Source: an uncultured Candidatus Saccharibacteria bacterium
Lineage (GTDB): Bacteria; Patescibacteriota; Saccharimonadia; Saccharimonadales; UBA10212
DNA: 64,000 nt
Reading direction: 5' to 3'
NCBI GenBank assembly: GCA_964442325.1
Contig: CAYTYX010000001.1
Coordinates: forward strand, 57,485-121,484
The notes under the pieces are model-generated. The model was given only the letters and a program-made list of their open reading frames with translations, had not been told where the DNA came from and ran no database searches. How positions within the stretch are numbered: position 1 is the stretch's first letter; every line of letters starts with the position of its first letter. The position numbers were made by a program, and so were the translations under genes. This document shows positions 1 through 9,263 of the stretch, in pieces.

Positions 1-108
1 CAATTCTTCTTTCGCACTGGCCTCTAACTCTTCGGTTCTTGCTCGTGCTTCAGCTTTTGCCGATTGAACCCCACCCAAAATTTCTTCTATGCTTCTGGGG
101 TTTGTCAT
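1..108 (-). CDS. hypothetical protein, first 36 codons only (gene runs off the left edge)
   Basis: Minus-strand ATG at 108-106 with AAGGAG 5 nt upstream. Open to position 1 (MTNPRSIEEILGGVQSAKAEARARTEELEASAKEEL...). Confidence 0.45.
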   Translation of the reverse strand, partial: MTNPRSIEEILGGVQSAKAEARARTEELEASAKEEL

Positions 109-139
109 ACTCACTCCTTGTTAAGCAGATGATAGCACT

Positions 140-919
140 TCAGCCAATCAACTTCGAGCTTAAGCGTTCGTAGAAATTGAACTTGTGGGTTCGCAGCATG
201 GTAATCGATTTGCCGCTCACACTAATACTAAAAGAAGTTGGCGCTTTGATTTCATGGCCATCCGCCACGATTCTGACCGGCCTGCTTCTTGGTTCTAAAA
301 TTTCTACGCCAAGAATTGTGTCGCTGGATAGTACAAGCGGTTGGCGCAAGGCTTGGTAATTGGCCGACTGATGCGGGTTAGACGGCACGACTTCAAAAAC
401 AGATAAATCATAAGGTAGAACCGCTCCGCCGGCAGCACTGGCATATGCAGTTGAGCCTTGCGGCGTAGCGATGATTAGCCCATCGCCAATTAACTTTTCG
501 AATTTATGGCCGCCCACCGATAAGCTTAAGTGAGTGGCACGGGCACTGCCGCGCTCAATCGCAAATTCGTTAAACGCATAGCCCAAATGCCTGCTGCCAG
601 ATTTGAGTTCCAGTAGGGGCAATTGCTGCAAATTATACTTTTCAGTTTTTAGCGTTTTTGTTAGGCCCGCCAGCTCAGTAGCTTTTAATTCCTGAAAAAA
701 GCCCAAGCCTCCGGCATCGATGCCTAAAAATGGAAGCTCCGGATAGCCCAGTTTATGAATGTGGTGCAGCAAAGTTCCGTCACCGCCTACCACTAGCAGT
801 AAATCTGGATTAACTTTAGTAATGACAAAATTTTTCGACAGCAATACAATTACACGCTTAGCCAGTGCTTGCGACTTATCGCTAACTCCCGCTAAAACTC
901 TGATCCGCTTCATCTCCAT
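140..919 (-). CDS. nadK: NAD+ kinase
   Basis: 259 aa with GGDGTLL motif, NEFAIERG and DGLIIATPQGSTAYASAAGG, typical of NadK/PpnK. Confidence 0.9.
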   Translation of the reverse strand: MEMKRIRVLAGVSDKSQALAKRVIVLLSKNFVITKVNPDLLLVVGGDGTLLHHIHKLGYPELPFLGIDAGGLGFFQELKATELAGLTKTLKTEKYNLQQLPLLELKSGSRHLGYAFNEFAIERGSARATHLSLSVGGHKFEKLIGDGLIIATPQGSTAYASAAGGAVLPYDLSVFEVVPSNPHQSANYQALRQPLVLSSDTILGVEILEPRSRPVRIVADGHEIKAPTSFSISVSGKSITMLRTHKFNFYERLSSKLIG

Positions 920-1016
920 GAGACACCCCTAACGGGTTTCTCATCGCGCGGGGTCGCGAAATGAATTCGCCGACTCCGGCTGCTCTTCCTGGGGCGCAAA
1001 AATTGGTCGCACATAA

Positions 1017-1418
1017 CTATGGAGTTACGGTAACGGTGCCGGTGATGTTTGGGTCGAGCGAGTCGTGGTAATGAAATAACCCGTCTTTTACGAACTTGAA
1101 AACATAGGTTTGATTTTGGGGGATGGGGCCACTGGCTGGGCCGCCGCTTAGGCCGTCGTCTTCAGTGACTGTATAAGCCACCAGATCCATATTTGTCCAA
1201 GTTACACTCGAGCCCCTTTTGATTGTAATATCGGCTGGCGAGAAAGCGTAGTTTTGGATCGTGACGGCGTTAGTCTTGGTGGGCGGGTTCGTGTCTGAGG
1301 GCACATAGGTAACGCCGGGTGGAGTAATTGGTTTTGAGTTTTGGTGAGAATGCCAATACCAAACTCCACCAGCCGCGGCGGCCAAAATCACTACTAAAAT
1401 TATGAGCTTTTTCTTCAT
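1017..1418 (-). CDS. secreted cupredoxin-fold protein, copper ligands apparently lost
   Basis: Sec-type N-terminus MKKKLIILVVILAAAA. C-terminal ~90 aa follows the plastocyanin/amicyanin-like pattern (ITIKRGSSVTWTNMD...YTVT...FHYHDSLDPNITGTVTV). Confidence 0.6.
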   Translation of the reverse strand: MKKKLIILVVILAAAAGGVWYWHSHQNSKPITPPGVTYVPSDTNPPTKTNAVTIQNYAFSPADITIKRGSSVTWTNMDLVAYTVTEDDGLSGGPASGPIPQNQTYVFKFVKDGLFHYHDSLDPNITGTVTVTP

Positions 1419-1435
1419 CTAAAGTTTAAAACGGT

Positions 1436-1633
1436 TTAGTACAGGCTGTTACTGGTAGTGGTATTGCCGTTGGCGTCGGTGGTTGTGGTCTTGTGGAAGT
1501 GCTTGTAAGCGACAAATGCGACACCGTAAACAACTATAGCCACAACTACATAAATCAGTATCCACTGGCCGCGGGACCGTTTGCCGTAGCCTTTGGTTGG
1601 TTTAGAGTCGGGTTGGTTGCTGGTTGGTTTCAT
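1436..1633 (-). CDS. small single-pass membrane protein
   Basis: 65 aa with a basic N-terminus, one hydrophobic helix (WILIYVVVAIVVYGVAFVAY) and a Thr/Asn-rich tail. Sits between uppP and the cupredoxin gene on the same strand. Confidence 0.45.
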   Translation of the reverse strand: MKPTSNQPDSKPTKGYGKRSRGQWILIYVVVAIVVYGVAFVAYKHFHKTTTTDANGNTTTSNSLY

Positions 1634-1691
1634 AAAATTAATTTTCCTAATTTAAGTTAGAGTTACATCTTGTATTTTATCACGGCGCCCG

Positions 1692-2543
1692 CTAGGCAAA
1701 GCGGATAATCATAAGCACACCAACCACCAGCGAGTAGATGGCAAAGGGGGTCAGGGTTCTGGTTTGGAAGTAGCGGGTCAGCCACCGAACCGACAAATAC
1801 GCCGATACGCCGGCAACTAAGCTACCAACTAGTATCTGCCCGCGGATGCCGGCACCGTTGGGCCCAATCAGATCGTGTAGCTTATAAACTCCCGCTGCGC
1901 CAATAATCGGCGTAGCCAGTAGAAATGAAAAATTAGCGGCATCTTCGTGAGACAGACCACGGGCTAGACCAGCCACCATAGTTATACCCGAGCGGCTAAT
2001 GCCAGCAAGCAGCGCAAAAATCTGGGCCAGCCCAATAACTCCAGCCTCTTTATATTCAAACTCGCCTAGCTTACGGCGTGCCTGTTTGTGCATAGAATTT
2101 TTTCGATAACGCTCTCCAGCCAGTAAAATACAGCCGTTTAAGCTTAAGAAAATGGCCGCCGCCAGCGGCTTGGCAAAAACGACCCTAAACTTATGCTCAA
2201 AAATCACTCCCATCAATCCGGCTGGAATTGTTGCGACAATTAGTAGCCAAGCCAGGCGCTCAGTTGAGGTCTCGGCTTTTCTAGTTTTTAAGGTTCTAAA
2301 AAAACTTCTTATGATTTTTGCCCAAGTTTTGCGATAAAAAATCAGCAGTGCCAAAGCCGTAGCAACGTGCAGTCCTACTAAAAACGCCAGGTAGAACGAC
2401 TCGCTGGCCGACTGACTGTTAACGATATTGTGCCAGCCAAATAGCGCCGGCAAAAGCACCGAGTGCCCCAAGCTCGATACCGGAAAAAGTTCGGTCACGC
2501 CTTGCAATAGCCCTAGTACAATCGCTTGGAAAAAAGTAATCAT
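1692..2543 (-). CDS. uppP: undecaprenyl-diphosphate phosphatase
   Basis: BacA/UppP-type N-terminus MITFFQAIVLGLLQGVTELFPVSSLGHSVL plus a GISRSG motif. Start moved to Met45 of the track ORF (1692-2675), because the upstream 44 codons overlap the divergent gene region. Confidence 0.85.
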   Translation of the reverse strand: MITFFQAIVLGLLQGVTELFPVSSLGHSVLLPALFGWHNIVNSQSASESFYLAFLVGLHVATALALLIFYRKTWAKIIRSFFRTLKTRKAETSTERLAWLLIVATIPAGLMGVIFEHKFRVVFAKPLAAAIFLSLNGCILLAGERYRKNSMHKQARRKLGEFEYKEAGVIGLAQIFALLAGISRSGITMVAGLARGLSHEDAANFSFLLATPIIGAAGVYKLHDLIGPNGAGIRGQILVGSLVAGVSAYLSVRWLTRYFQTRTLTPFAIYSLVVGVLMIIRFA

Positions 2544-2621
2544 TTGCCCTGGTAGTATATCATTTGAACCCGTGGGCCTAACTCGGCGCAGGCGTATACT
2601 ACTTATTAAAGACTTATATTT

Positions 2622-4043
2622 ATGCAAAAAATAACTCGGGCTGTAGGGCCAACCGGTCTGGTAAATACCAGGCAAAAATTTGTTGGGCTAGGCGAGTTAG
2701 TGCCGCTGCTTGATGGCAGTCGCCGGCCATCCATAAATTTTGATAACGCGGCTAGTACACCGGTTTTAGCCGCAGTCCAAAAAACTGTCGACGAATTTTT
2801 ACCCTGGTATTCGTCGGTCCACCGTGGCAGTGGCTTCAAAAGCCTGCTGTCATCTAAGGCCTACGAGGATGCCCGGCAGACCGTCGCTAAGTTTTTTGGC
2901 GCTAACCGGCGTGATCACGTAGTGATCTTTGGCAAAAACTCAACCGAGGCCATTAATAAATTGTCGTACCGGTTGAACTTAAACAAACACGATATCGTGC
3001 TAGTGGGTTTAAGCGAACATCACAGTAACGACTTGCCGTGGCGGGCCAAGGCGAGTGTGCGGCATATCGGACTAGATGGTACCGGCAACCTAGATATAGC
3101 AGACTACAAAAACTTGCTTGCTAAATATAAGGGCCGGGTCAAGTTGGTGGCCATTAGCGGCGGCTCTAATGTTACCGGTTTGGTGCCGGATATGCACGGG
3201 CTTGCCCGTTTGGCCCATAGTGTCGGCGCCCAAATTCTAGTGGACTGCGCTCAACTGGCGGCGCATCGAGCGATTAATTTAAGGCCACTAAGCGATCCGA
3301 CGCACCTGGACTATATCGCCGCATCCGCCCATAAAATGTACGCGCCATTTGGTAGTGGCGCGTTAATTGGCCGGCGCGACAGCTTTGAAGTAGGTGCGCC
3401 GGAGGTGTGCGGCGGCGGCACTATCAAACTAGTCACCGAAAAAGATGTAGAGTGGGCAGCCACGCCAGACCGCGATGAGGCCGGCTCGCCCAACGTTATT
3501 GGTGCGGTTGCCTTTGCCAGAGCGCTTCAAATTCTATCAGCTATAGGTATGGATAAAATTGCCAAGCACGAGATTGAACTGACCACATATGCTCTTCAAA
3601 AACTGAGTAAGCTAGACGGTTTAATGGTTTATGGCGATAGTCGCCCGGACTCTGCTGCCAGCCGGTTGGGAGTCATCAGCTTAAACATCCACGGCAAGTC
3701 TCATGCTTTGGTAGCCGCCATCTTAAGTGCCGAGTGGGGAATCGCCGTGCGTAGCGGTTGTTTCTGCGCCCAGCCATACGTCATCAAGCTACTCAACGTC
3801 AAAGGCGCTGACTTTAATAAATTCAAAGACGAGGCAATCCATGATGACCGGCGGTCATTGCCCGGCATGGTTCGTATTAGTTTTGGGATGTATAACAATC
3901 GGGCGGAAGTAGATACGCTAGTTCAAGCCCTCGAGGCAATAGCCGCTGGTGACTATCGAGGCCAATACGTATGCGATAAACTAACTGGCCAGTATTGGCC
4001 GCGCAACTGGCAACCTGACCCCAGTCACTACTTTAGTTTGTAG
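2622..4043 (+). CDS. class V aminotransferase-fold PLP enzyme (cysteine desulfurase/SufS-like family)
   Basis: 473 aa with PLP-lysine context SAHKMYAPFGSGAL and a HHSNDLPW motif. Fold assignment is family level only. Confidence 0.75.
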   Translation: MQKITRAVGPTGLVNTRQKFVGLGELVPLLDGSRRPSINFDNAASTPVLAAVQKTVDEFLPWYSSVHRGSGFKSLLSSKAYEDARQTVAKFFGANRRDHVVIFGKNSTEAINKLSYRLNLNKHDIVLVGLSEHHSNDLPWRAKASVRHIGLDGTGNLDIADYKNLLAKYKGRVKLVAISGGSNVTGLVPDMHGLARLAHSVGAQILVDCAQLAAHRAINLRPLSDPTHLDYIAASAHKMYAPFGSGALIGRRDSFEVGAPEVCGGGTIKLVTEKDVEWAATPDRDEAGSPNVIGAVAFARALQILSAIGMDKIAKHEIELTTYALQKLSKLDGLMVYGDSRPDSAASRLGVISLNIHGKSHALVAAILSAEWGIAVRSGCFCAQPYVIKLLNVKGADFNKFKDEAIHDDRRSLPGMVRISFGMYNNRAEVDTLVQALEAIAAGDYRGQYVCDKLTGQYWPRNWQPDPSHYFSL

Positions 4044-5209
4044 GCTTGGCCGCGTACGGCCATAACCGAGTCTTCGTTGGCCGGCACTATAAAAATTTTA
4101 GCCGGAAAGTGCGGCGGACTAATTTGTGTCAATTCGCCGGGCTCAACCGACACATGGTTTTTGGCTGGGTCAATCGCTAGTCCCAAAAACATCAGCTTGT
4201 GCACGATTCGCTGACGGATAGGGCTGGAGCGTTCACCGACTGTGCCGGTAAAGACTAGCGCGTCAATGCCGCCAAGCACGGCCGCCATCTGACCAATGCA
4301 GGCCTGCACGCGGTAAACGTACATATCAAGCGCCAGCTTAGCCGCCGGCTCGTCCGATTCCAATTTGAGTAGCTCGCGGATGTCGGAGCTTTTACCGCTG
4401 ACGCCCAGCAGCCCGGATTTCTCATTCAGATATTCCAGTAGGCTGTCGCCTTTTAGCCCAAGCTCTTCTTGGAGTGCTAGCGCCGCGGCAATATCGAGGT
4501 TGCCACTGCGGGTCGACATCATCAGGCCTTCCAGTGGCGAGTAACCCATGGTTGTATCGATGCTTCTGCCACTAGCCAGCGCGGTGACACTCGAGCCACT
4601 GCCAAGATGACAAACAATAGTCCTGGCCGCTAGCTTCTTGGTCGCGCGCAGAGTTTTTACAACCGATTCCACCGACAGCCCCTGATAACCAAAGCGTTTA
4701 AGGCCCAGTCGATCGGCATCGTTTTTCGGCAGGCCGTAGCGACTAGCAAGTTCCGGCATTGTGGCGTGGAAAGCACTGTCCGAAATACCAACAAGTTGCG
4801 CCTGCGGAAAATATTTGGCTAGCAGGCTGGCTTCTTGCAAAGTAGCATTGATGTGCAGCGGTACGACTGGTTCTAGCTCGGCTAATTTAGCCAAGGTCAA
4901 TTTATTAAGCTGCCTATCTTTTTGGAAATAGACGGACGGTGCGACCACCCTAAGCGCTACCCGCTTAATTGGCTTAGCTCCTGTAATAATTTTGTGATCA
5001 ACCAGAACGTCGGCAAGCTGGCTGGCAGCAAACGACAAATGGCTAAGGTTGGTATCAACTCTTTCTTTTTTGCCGCCGGTTTCTAGCGTGCAAATCACAG
5101 CCTCACTTTCGTGCTCAAAATGCAGTTTAGCTAGGCAAGTCTTGCCGCGATATAGCGCGTACTTGCGACTGGCGCTACCCGGGTTAGAGACTAAAATCAG
5201 TTTTTCCAT
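4028..5209 (-). CDS. ackA: acetate kinase
   Basis: 393 aa with LVSNPGSASRKYALY, HLGSGSSVTA and GYSPLEGLMMSTRSGNLD signatures. Overlaps the xfp stop by 13 nt (operon). Confidence 0.9.
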   Translation of the reverse strand: MEKLILVSNPGSASRKYALYRGKTCLAKLHFEHESEAVICTLETGGKKERVDTNLSHLSFAASQLADVLVDHKIITGAKPIKRVALRVVAPSVYFQKDRQLNKLTLAKLAELEPVVPLHINATLQEASLLAKYFPQAQLVGISDSAFHATMPELASRYGLPKNDADRLGLKRFGYQGLSVESVVKTLRATKKLAARTIVCHLGSGSSVTALASGRSIDTTMGYSPLEGLMMSTRSGNLDIAAALALQEELGLKGDSLLEYLNEKSGLLGVSGKSSDIRELLKLESDEPAAKLALDMYVYRVQACIGQMAAVLGGIDALVFTGTVGERSSPIRQRIVHKLMFLGLAIDPAKNHVSVEPGELTQISPPHFPAKIFIVPANEDSVMAVRGQAYKLK

Positions 5210-7533
5210 ACCCAGTTTTCAATTTCTGGCATATCGATGCCGTTTTTCTTTATAAACTCGGTGCTTTGTTCGATTTTAGACTGGTATTTGGCAATCAGCG
5301 GTTCGGCTTCCTCGTAAGGCAAACGTCCGGAGGCCGACATTTTTTCAAAGGCCTCGATGGCCAAATGGTAGCGGCTGGTGTGGTTGCGCACATGCATATC
5401 AAACGGGGTGGTGGTGCTGCCACTTTCAATGTAGCCATGGACACTGAAGCGCTGCGGCGCACTGGCAATATAGTCAAAAATAATCGCTTTGAGGGTTTCT
5501 GGGTAGCCGTGGAAATTGCAAATTACCGGCTTATCGGCTGTAAAATATTGATTGAAACCTTCGTGAGTCAGGCAGGTGCCGCCCTGGCCAAGACCACAGC
5601 TAGTTAGGCTCATAATGTTGACAAAACGCAGTCGCAAGTCGGGTTGCTCTTGTTTGATAATACTAACTGCCGCCAAAGCCTCTTTTGTTAGGTAGTCGCC
5701 AGCCGCCGCCAGCACGACGTCCGGCTCGGTATCGGACGCAAAATCCCAAATTGCCAGCCCGTCATTCAGTTGTTTTTTGGCGAGTGCCGGTGTCAACCAG
5801 CGCGGTTCCAAAGTTTTACCGGCAACAATAATATTAATTTGACGACGGCTAGCCAGGCAGTGTTCTAAAACTGCCAGTGTCGAGTTGCCGTCGGGCGGAA
5901 AGTAAACATCTACAAAGTCGCCCTGCCGGCGCAGCACGTCGGCAATAAAGCCCGGATTTTGGTGAGAAAAACCATTATGTTCCTGCCGCCAGCCAGAGCT
6001 GGTTAGAATGTAATTTAGTGATGATATATCGCCGCGCCACTCTATCTCGCGCGACTGTTTTAAGAACTTGGCGTACTGGTCCATCATGCTGGTAACTATC
6101 GGTACAAATGCTTCGTAAGATGCGAACACGGCGTGCCGGCCGGTTAAGATATAGCCTTGGGCTAGGCCTTGCAGGTTGTGCTCCGAGAGCATTTCCATCA
6201 CCCGACCTTCAGGACTCAAATCTTTATCCCAGGCTTCAATCGGCAGCTGCCAAGCCCGACTGGTTGATTTAAAAATTTCGTCTAGCTTGTTGGAATAAGT
6301 TTCGTCAGGGCTCATTAACCGGAAGTTTTTGGTCTGGGCATTAAGCTTGAAGACTTCGTTTAGGTAAAGTCCGCTGCGGCGCATGCTGGAGCTACCAATT
6401 GTACCGGGCTTGGCAGCGTCTTCGGCAAACTGGTCGGCCGGGGGCAACTTAAGCGGTTTATAAACCGGCTTGCCGCCAAACGTGTGCTTGCTCAAACCAA
6501 GTCGCTGCTCGGCAGGCGGTAAAACCTCGTCAATAAATTGGCCAAAGCCCTTATTGCGATTAAACAGCTCGCCGACTTTATATGAGCGCAGCCAATCCTG
6601 CAGCATTTTAAGTTGCGTTTGATCGGTCTTGGCTTCGGTTAGTACAACCTGGTGGCTCAGGCAGTTGCCCTCAATTTTTTGGCCGTTAAGTTCCTTGATT
6701 CCGGTCCAGCCTTTAAGGGTGCGCATAATTATCATTGGCAAATGGGCGAAGCCACCGCCGCCGGTTTTGGCTTTTTGAATTTCGCCATAAGCCCACTCCA
6801 GAGTTTCTTGCATTTGGCTGTGAATGTCCTGATCTTTCTGATAACTGACAATCCGCGGCTGGTAGCCGTAGCCGCTAAATAGACTCATCAATTCCTCGTC
6901 GCTCATTCGCCCAAAAATGGTTGGCGCCGAAATCTTATAGCCGTTTAAGTGCAGAATTGGCAGAACTATGCCGTCAGTTTTTGGATTAAGCAATTTGTTT
7001 AGATGCCAGGCGCCGGCCGTTGGGCCGGTCTCGGCTTCGCCGTCGCCAATCAAACAAGCCACCAGCAGGTTTGGGTTATCCAGCGCCGCGCCGTAACTGG
7101 TAGACAGGCTATAGCCGAGCTCGCCGCCTTCTAAAATAACGCCGGGCGTCCCAGGGTTGCTGTGGCTGGGGAAGCCGTACGGCCAGCTGAAGTTACGGCA
7201 CAAATAACCAATCCCGTCGTAAGTTTGCTGAGCGTCCGGATAAAACTTTTGCAATGTGCCTTCCAAAAATAAATTGGCTTGCAGGGCCGGGAAGCCATGG
7301 CCGGGACCAAGCACAAACATCATTTCCTGCTTTTTCTGTTTGGCTAAAAAACTTAAGTGCGAGTAGGCAAAGTTGATGCCGGGCCCGGAACCCCAGTGAC
7401 CAAGTAGTCGCGGCTTGATATCGTCAAAGGTTAAATCTCGCTCCAGCAAAAAATTATCCTGCAAAAAAATTTGCGCGGCGGTTAGGTAGTTAGCCGTGCG
7501 CAAGTACTCATCAAACTCTCCACCACTACTCAT
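5197..7533 (-). CDS. xfp: xylulose-5-P/fructose-6-P phosphoketolase
   Basis: EGGELGYSLS and GDGEAETGP signatures, ~780 aa. The track ORF extends to 7671. A TATAAT (minus strand, 7546-7541) overlaps the Met44 ATG (7542) and lies 7 nt before the Met47 ATG (7533), so I call 7533; 7542 remains possible. Confidence 0.9.
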   Translation of the reverse strand: MSSGGEFDEYLRTANYLTAAQIFLQDNFLLERDLTFDDIKPRLLGHWGSGPGINFAYSHLSFLAKQKKQEMMFVLGPGHGFPALQANLFLEGTLQKFYPDAQQTYDGIGYLCRNFSWPYGFPSHSNPGTPGVILEGGELGYSLSTSYGAALDNPNLLVACLIGDGEAETGPTAGAWHLNKLLNPKTDGIVLPILHLNGYKISAPTIFGRMSDEELMSLFSGYGYQPRIVSYQKDQDIHSQMQETLEWAYGEIQKAKTGGGGFAHLPMIIMRTLKGWTGIKELNGQKIEGNCLSHQVVLTEAKTDQTQLKMLQDWLRSYKVGELFNRNKGFGQFIDEVLPPAEQRLGLSKHTFGGKPVYKPLKLPPADQFAEDAAKPGTIGSSSMRRSGLYLNEVFKLNAQTKNFRLMSPDETYSNKLDEIFKSTSRAWQLPIEAWDKDLSPEGRVMEMLSEHNLQGLAQGYILTGRHAVFASYEAFVPIVTSMMDQYAKFLKQSREIEWRGDISSLNYILTSSGWRQEHNGFSHQNPGFIADVLRRQGDFVDVYFPPDGNSTLAVLEHCLASRRQINIIVAGKTLEPRWLTPALAKKQLNDGLAIWDFASDTEPDVVLAAAGDYLTKEALAAVSIIKQEQPDLRLRFVNIMSLTSCGLGQGGTCLTHEGFNQYFTADKPVICNFHGYPETLKAIIFDYIASAPQRFSVHGYIESGSTTTPFDMHVRNHTSRYHLAIEAFEKMSASGRLPYEEAEPLIAKYQSKIEQSTEFIKKNGIDMPEIENWVWKN

Positions 7534-7642
7534 TGGCTTCATTATACCCTTCAAATGCTTATGGTTGCACCTTAACGCTGTCGGCGATAAACTAAGCGGC
7601 ACTAGGTTTTGAGGTACTTTTACTACGATCCGGGAGGGCACA

Positions 7643-8098
7643 ATGAGACGAGGAGTCGCAAGAAGCCTCAACGAGTTCGATCACCAAGTTGTCCTAGTTG
7701 GCGAGCTTCGTTCTCAACTAGAGACGCTCGAAGCGGAGAAAAAAGCAGTCATCGCCAAGATCGAGAAGCGACAGCAAGTTCTACGAGCTCGGCTAGAGCG
7801 GATCGAGCTCAACATCGGTCGCTTCTACTTCGCCCGTGGAGCCGAATTCTTCAAGGCAAAGACCAAGACAATCGTCACGCGCTCTGGTGGTCGGGTGTGG
7901 TCCCGCAAGTCCAGGTTCGTGCATCTGCACAGGGCCGAACAGACGGTTATCGCCGAGATCATCGCCAGTGGGAATTGGAAGCGATTCCTGCGAATCGAGC
8001 TCAACCTGACAGCCCTCAAGAACAATCCCGGGTTTGCGGCCTGCGTTCACGCGCCGATTCGGGAAAAGGAAGTGGTGATCATCACGCCGGCCGAGTAA
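7643..8098 (+). CDS. phage Mu Gam-like host-nuclease inhibitor family protein
   Basis: 151 aa. N-terminal coiled coil (ELRSQLETLEAEKKAVIAKIEKRQQVLRARLERIE) followed by the beta-rich K.K.I..RSG.V..RKS...V...AE..VI..I...G...F.R.E..L...ALK pattern of the Gam-like family. GGGAGGG SD 5 nt upstream. Much higher GC than its neighbours. Confidence 0.6.
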   Translation: MRRGVARSLNEFDHQVVLVGELRSQLETLEAEKKAVIAKIEKRQQVLRARLERIELNIGRFYFARGAEFFKAKTKTIVTRSGGRVWSRKSRFVHLHRAEQTVIAEIIASGNWKRFLRIELNLTALKNNPGFAACVHAPIREKEVVIITPAE

Positions 8099-8111
8099 GC
8101 CAAGACCTAGT

Positions 8112-8146
8112 GTGCCCCGGCAACCCGCCGGGGCACATCTCTTTTT
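8112..8146 (+). terminator. rho-independent terminator after the Gam-like gene
   Basis: GTGCCCCGG-caacccg-CCGGGGCAC stem-loop followed by a T-run (atctcttttt). Confidence 0.75.
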
Positions 8147-8175
8147 ATAGATACCTAGACTCTAGACGCTTTTAA

Positions 8176-8490
8176 TTATTTGGACCTAGATTGCTTATCC
8201 AGTGCCCATTGCACAGACGGGCTTATTGGCTTGTCCTTGCGATGAATACAACCAATCCAGCAACAGGGACGGCGCATCCCTTCTTTGAGTTCCGAAATCA
8301 CCCGCCTAACATGTCCATCCCGTGTTTTCTGTTGTTTGACTGTTATGGTCCAGCAAATCCACTCATTACGTGCCAGTGGTGTAAGGTCTTGCCACCGCTC
8401 TAGCGCCGATTTGTCAGAAATAAGTGCCTGTCGTAAATCCGCCGGCACCTTATGTACCACGCCTTCAGAAATTTTCGTAGCCATGGGCAT
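8176..8490 (-). CDS. YdeI/OmpD-associated family protein
   Basis: 104 aa with LTPLARNEWICW...KQQKTRDGHVRRVISELKEGMRRPCCW, typical of the YdeI/OmdA (DUF1905-associated) C-terminal domain. Confidence 0.65.
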   Translation of the reverse strand: MPMATKISEGVVHKVPADLRQALISDKSALERWQDLTPLARNEWICWTITVKQQKTRDGHVRRVISELKEGMRRPCCWIGCIHRKDKPISPSVQWALDKQSRSK

Positions 8491-8529
8491 ATTTTATCAA
8501 GATTTCGTGGCTCCCCGTAGTGATGGAAG

Positions 8530-9042
8530 TTAGAGCTTACTTGTCTTTTCTATAAATTCGACGGTCTCTTTAGGCGTAAATGTTTCCGGAATAACCTGCT
8601 CCAGCTTATGACCTGATGGGAAGCTGGTAGGGTACCATTTCCGTAACTCCGGCTCTCCAAATTCCAAGGGTTCGATATTCTTTTTGGTATGGCGCTTAAG
8701 TGTCTCTTCGAGGCTGGTATCAAAGTAAAAAATATAATTTTCTTCCGGATGTTCCGTGAAAATATCTTCTAAAACTTGGCCATAGGCCTTTACGCTTAGT
8801 ATGCCTTCAAGAATAACGTCGTAGCCATCTTTTAGAGCAAACAATGTATTACTCTTAATCATCTTATGAATAGTGGTTGAATTGGGTTTAGTGCCACCAC
8901 CAGCTGGCTTGAACATAAATCTATAGTGATCCTGTTCAATAAGCACAGTCCGTCTGGCGGCTTTATTAAAAAGCATCTTGGAGGCAGTACTTTTGCCGGA
9001 TGCCGAGGGTCCCCGTAGGACGATAAGTTTGGTTTGGCTCAT
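8530..9042 (-). CDS. P-loop kinase/AAA-type NTPase (small-molecule or nucleotide kinase-like)
   Basis: 170 aa with Walker A LRGPSASGKST near the N-terminus. Substrate unknown. Confidence 0.6.
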   Translation of the reverse strand: MSQTKLIVLRGPSASGKSTASKMLFNKAARRTVLIEQDHYRFMFKPAGGGTKPNSTTIHKMIKSNTLFALKDGYDVILEGILSVKAYGQVLEDIFTEHPEENYIFYFDTSLEETLKRHTKKNIEPLEFGEPELRKWYPTSFPSGHKLEQVIPETFTPKETVEFIEKTSKL

Positions 9043-9056
9043 TACATCATCATAAC

Positions 9057-9083
9057 AAAAAGCACTTATCTCAAAGTGCTTAT
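9057..9083 (-). terminator. rho-independent terminator (minus strand) next to the tRNA-Asn fragment
   Basis: AGCACTT-atctca-AAGTGCT stem. On the minus strand it is followed by TTTTTG. Lies between the tRNA 3' fragment and the kinase gene start. Confidence 0.55.
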
Positions 9084-9086
9084 GCT

Positions 9087-9104
9087 TGGCTCCGGAGGCC
9101 GGAC
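9087..9104 (-). repeat. exact 18-nt copy of the tRNA-Asn 3' end (att-like direct repeat)
   Basis: tggctccggaggccggac is identical to 10248-10265 (T-stem 3' half, acceptor 3' strand, discriminator and CCA of the intact tRNA-Asn). Confidence 0.85.
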
Positions 9105-9210
9105 AGCGGACTTCGTCCTTTTCCCTCGCTGCTCGATAAAATTATGTAAACACAATTTTATCTCTGCGGCTGCGTTCACCGAACCGCAGGTTTGCGGTTC
9201 TTGTCCGGCC
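9098..9210. repeat. ~115-nt structured element, copy A
   Basis: Closed by GGCCGGACA (9097-9105) / TGTCCGGCC (9202-9210). By eye it shares gccggacagcg, ttttcc, gctcgRataaaatt and cgYtcMaMcgaacc blocks with copy B. Boundaries approximate. Confidence 0.4.
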
Positions 9211-9220
9211 AACAAAAACA

Positions 9221-9263
9221 ATAAGCTAGGGCAATGATACTAAAAATCATTTTCCTAGCTTAT
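9221..9263 (-). terminator. rho-independent terminator of the 9368-10027 gene
   Basis: ATAAGCTAGG...CCTAGCTTAT 10-bp stem with an inner AATGAT/ATCATT stem. A T-rich run (tgtttttgtt) follows on the minus strand. Confidence 0.65.

Noticed and set aside
925-950. Imperfect hairpin gagacaccc-ctaac-gggtttctc between the cupredoxin gene and nadK, considered as a terminator.
   Set aside because: It has one mismatch, no U-run follows on the minus strand, and it overlaps the nadK SD/start region.
7609-8175. Overlapping long ORFs in several frames and strands (7609-8175 +, 7793-8050 -, 7825-8025 -).
   Set aside because: These are the multi-frame openness typical of GC-rich DNA. Only 7643-8098 has an SD, a recognisable family pattern and a terminator.
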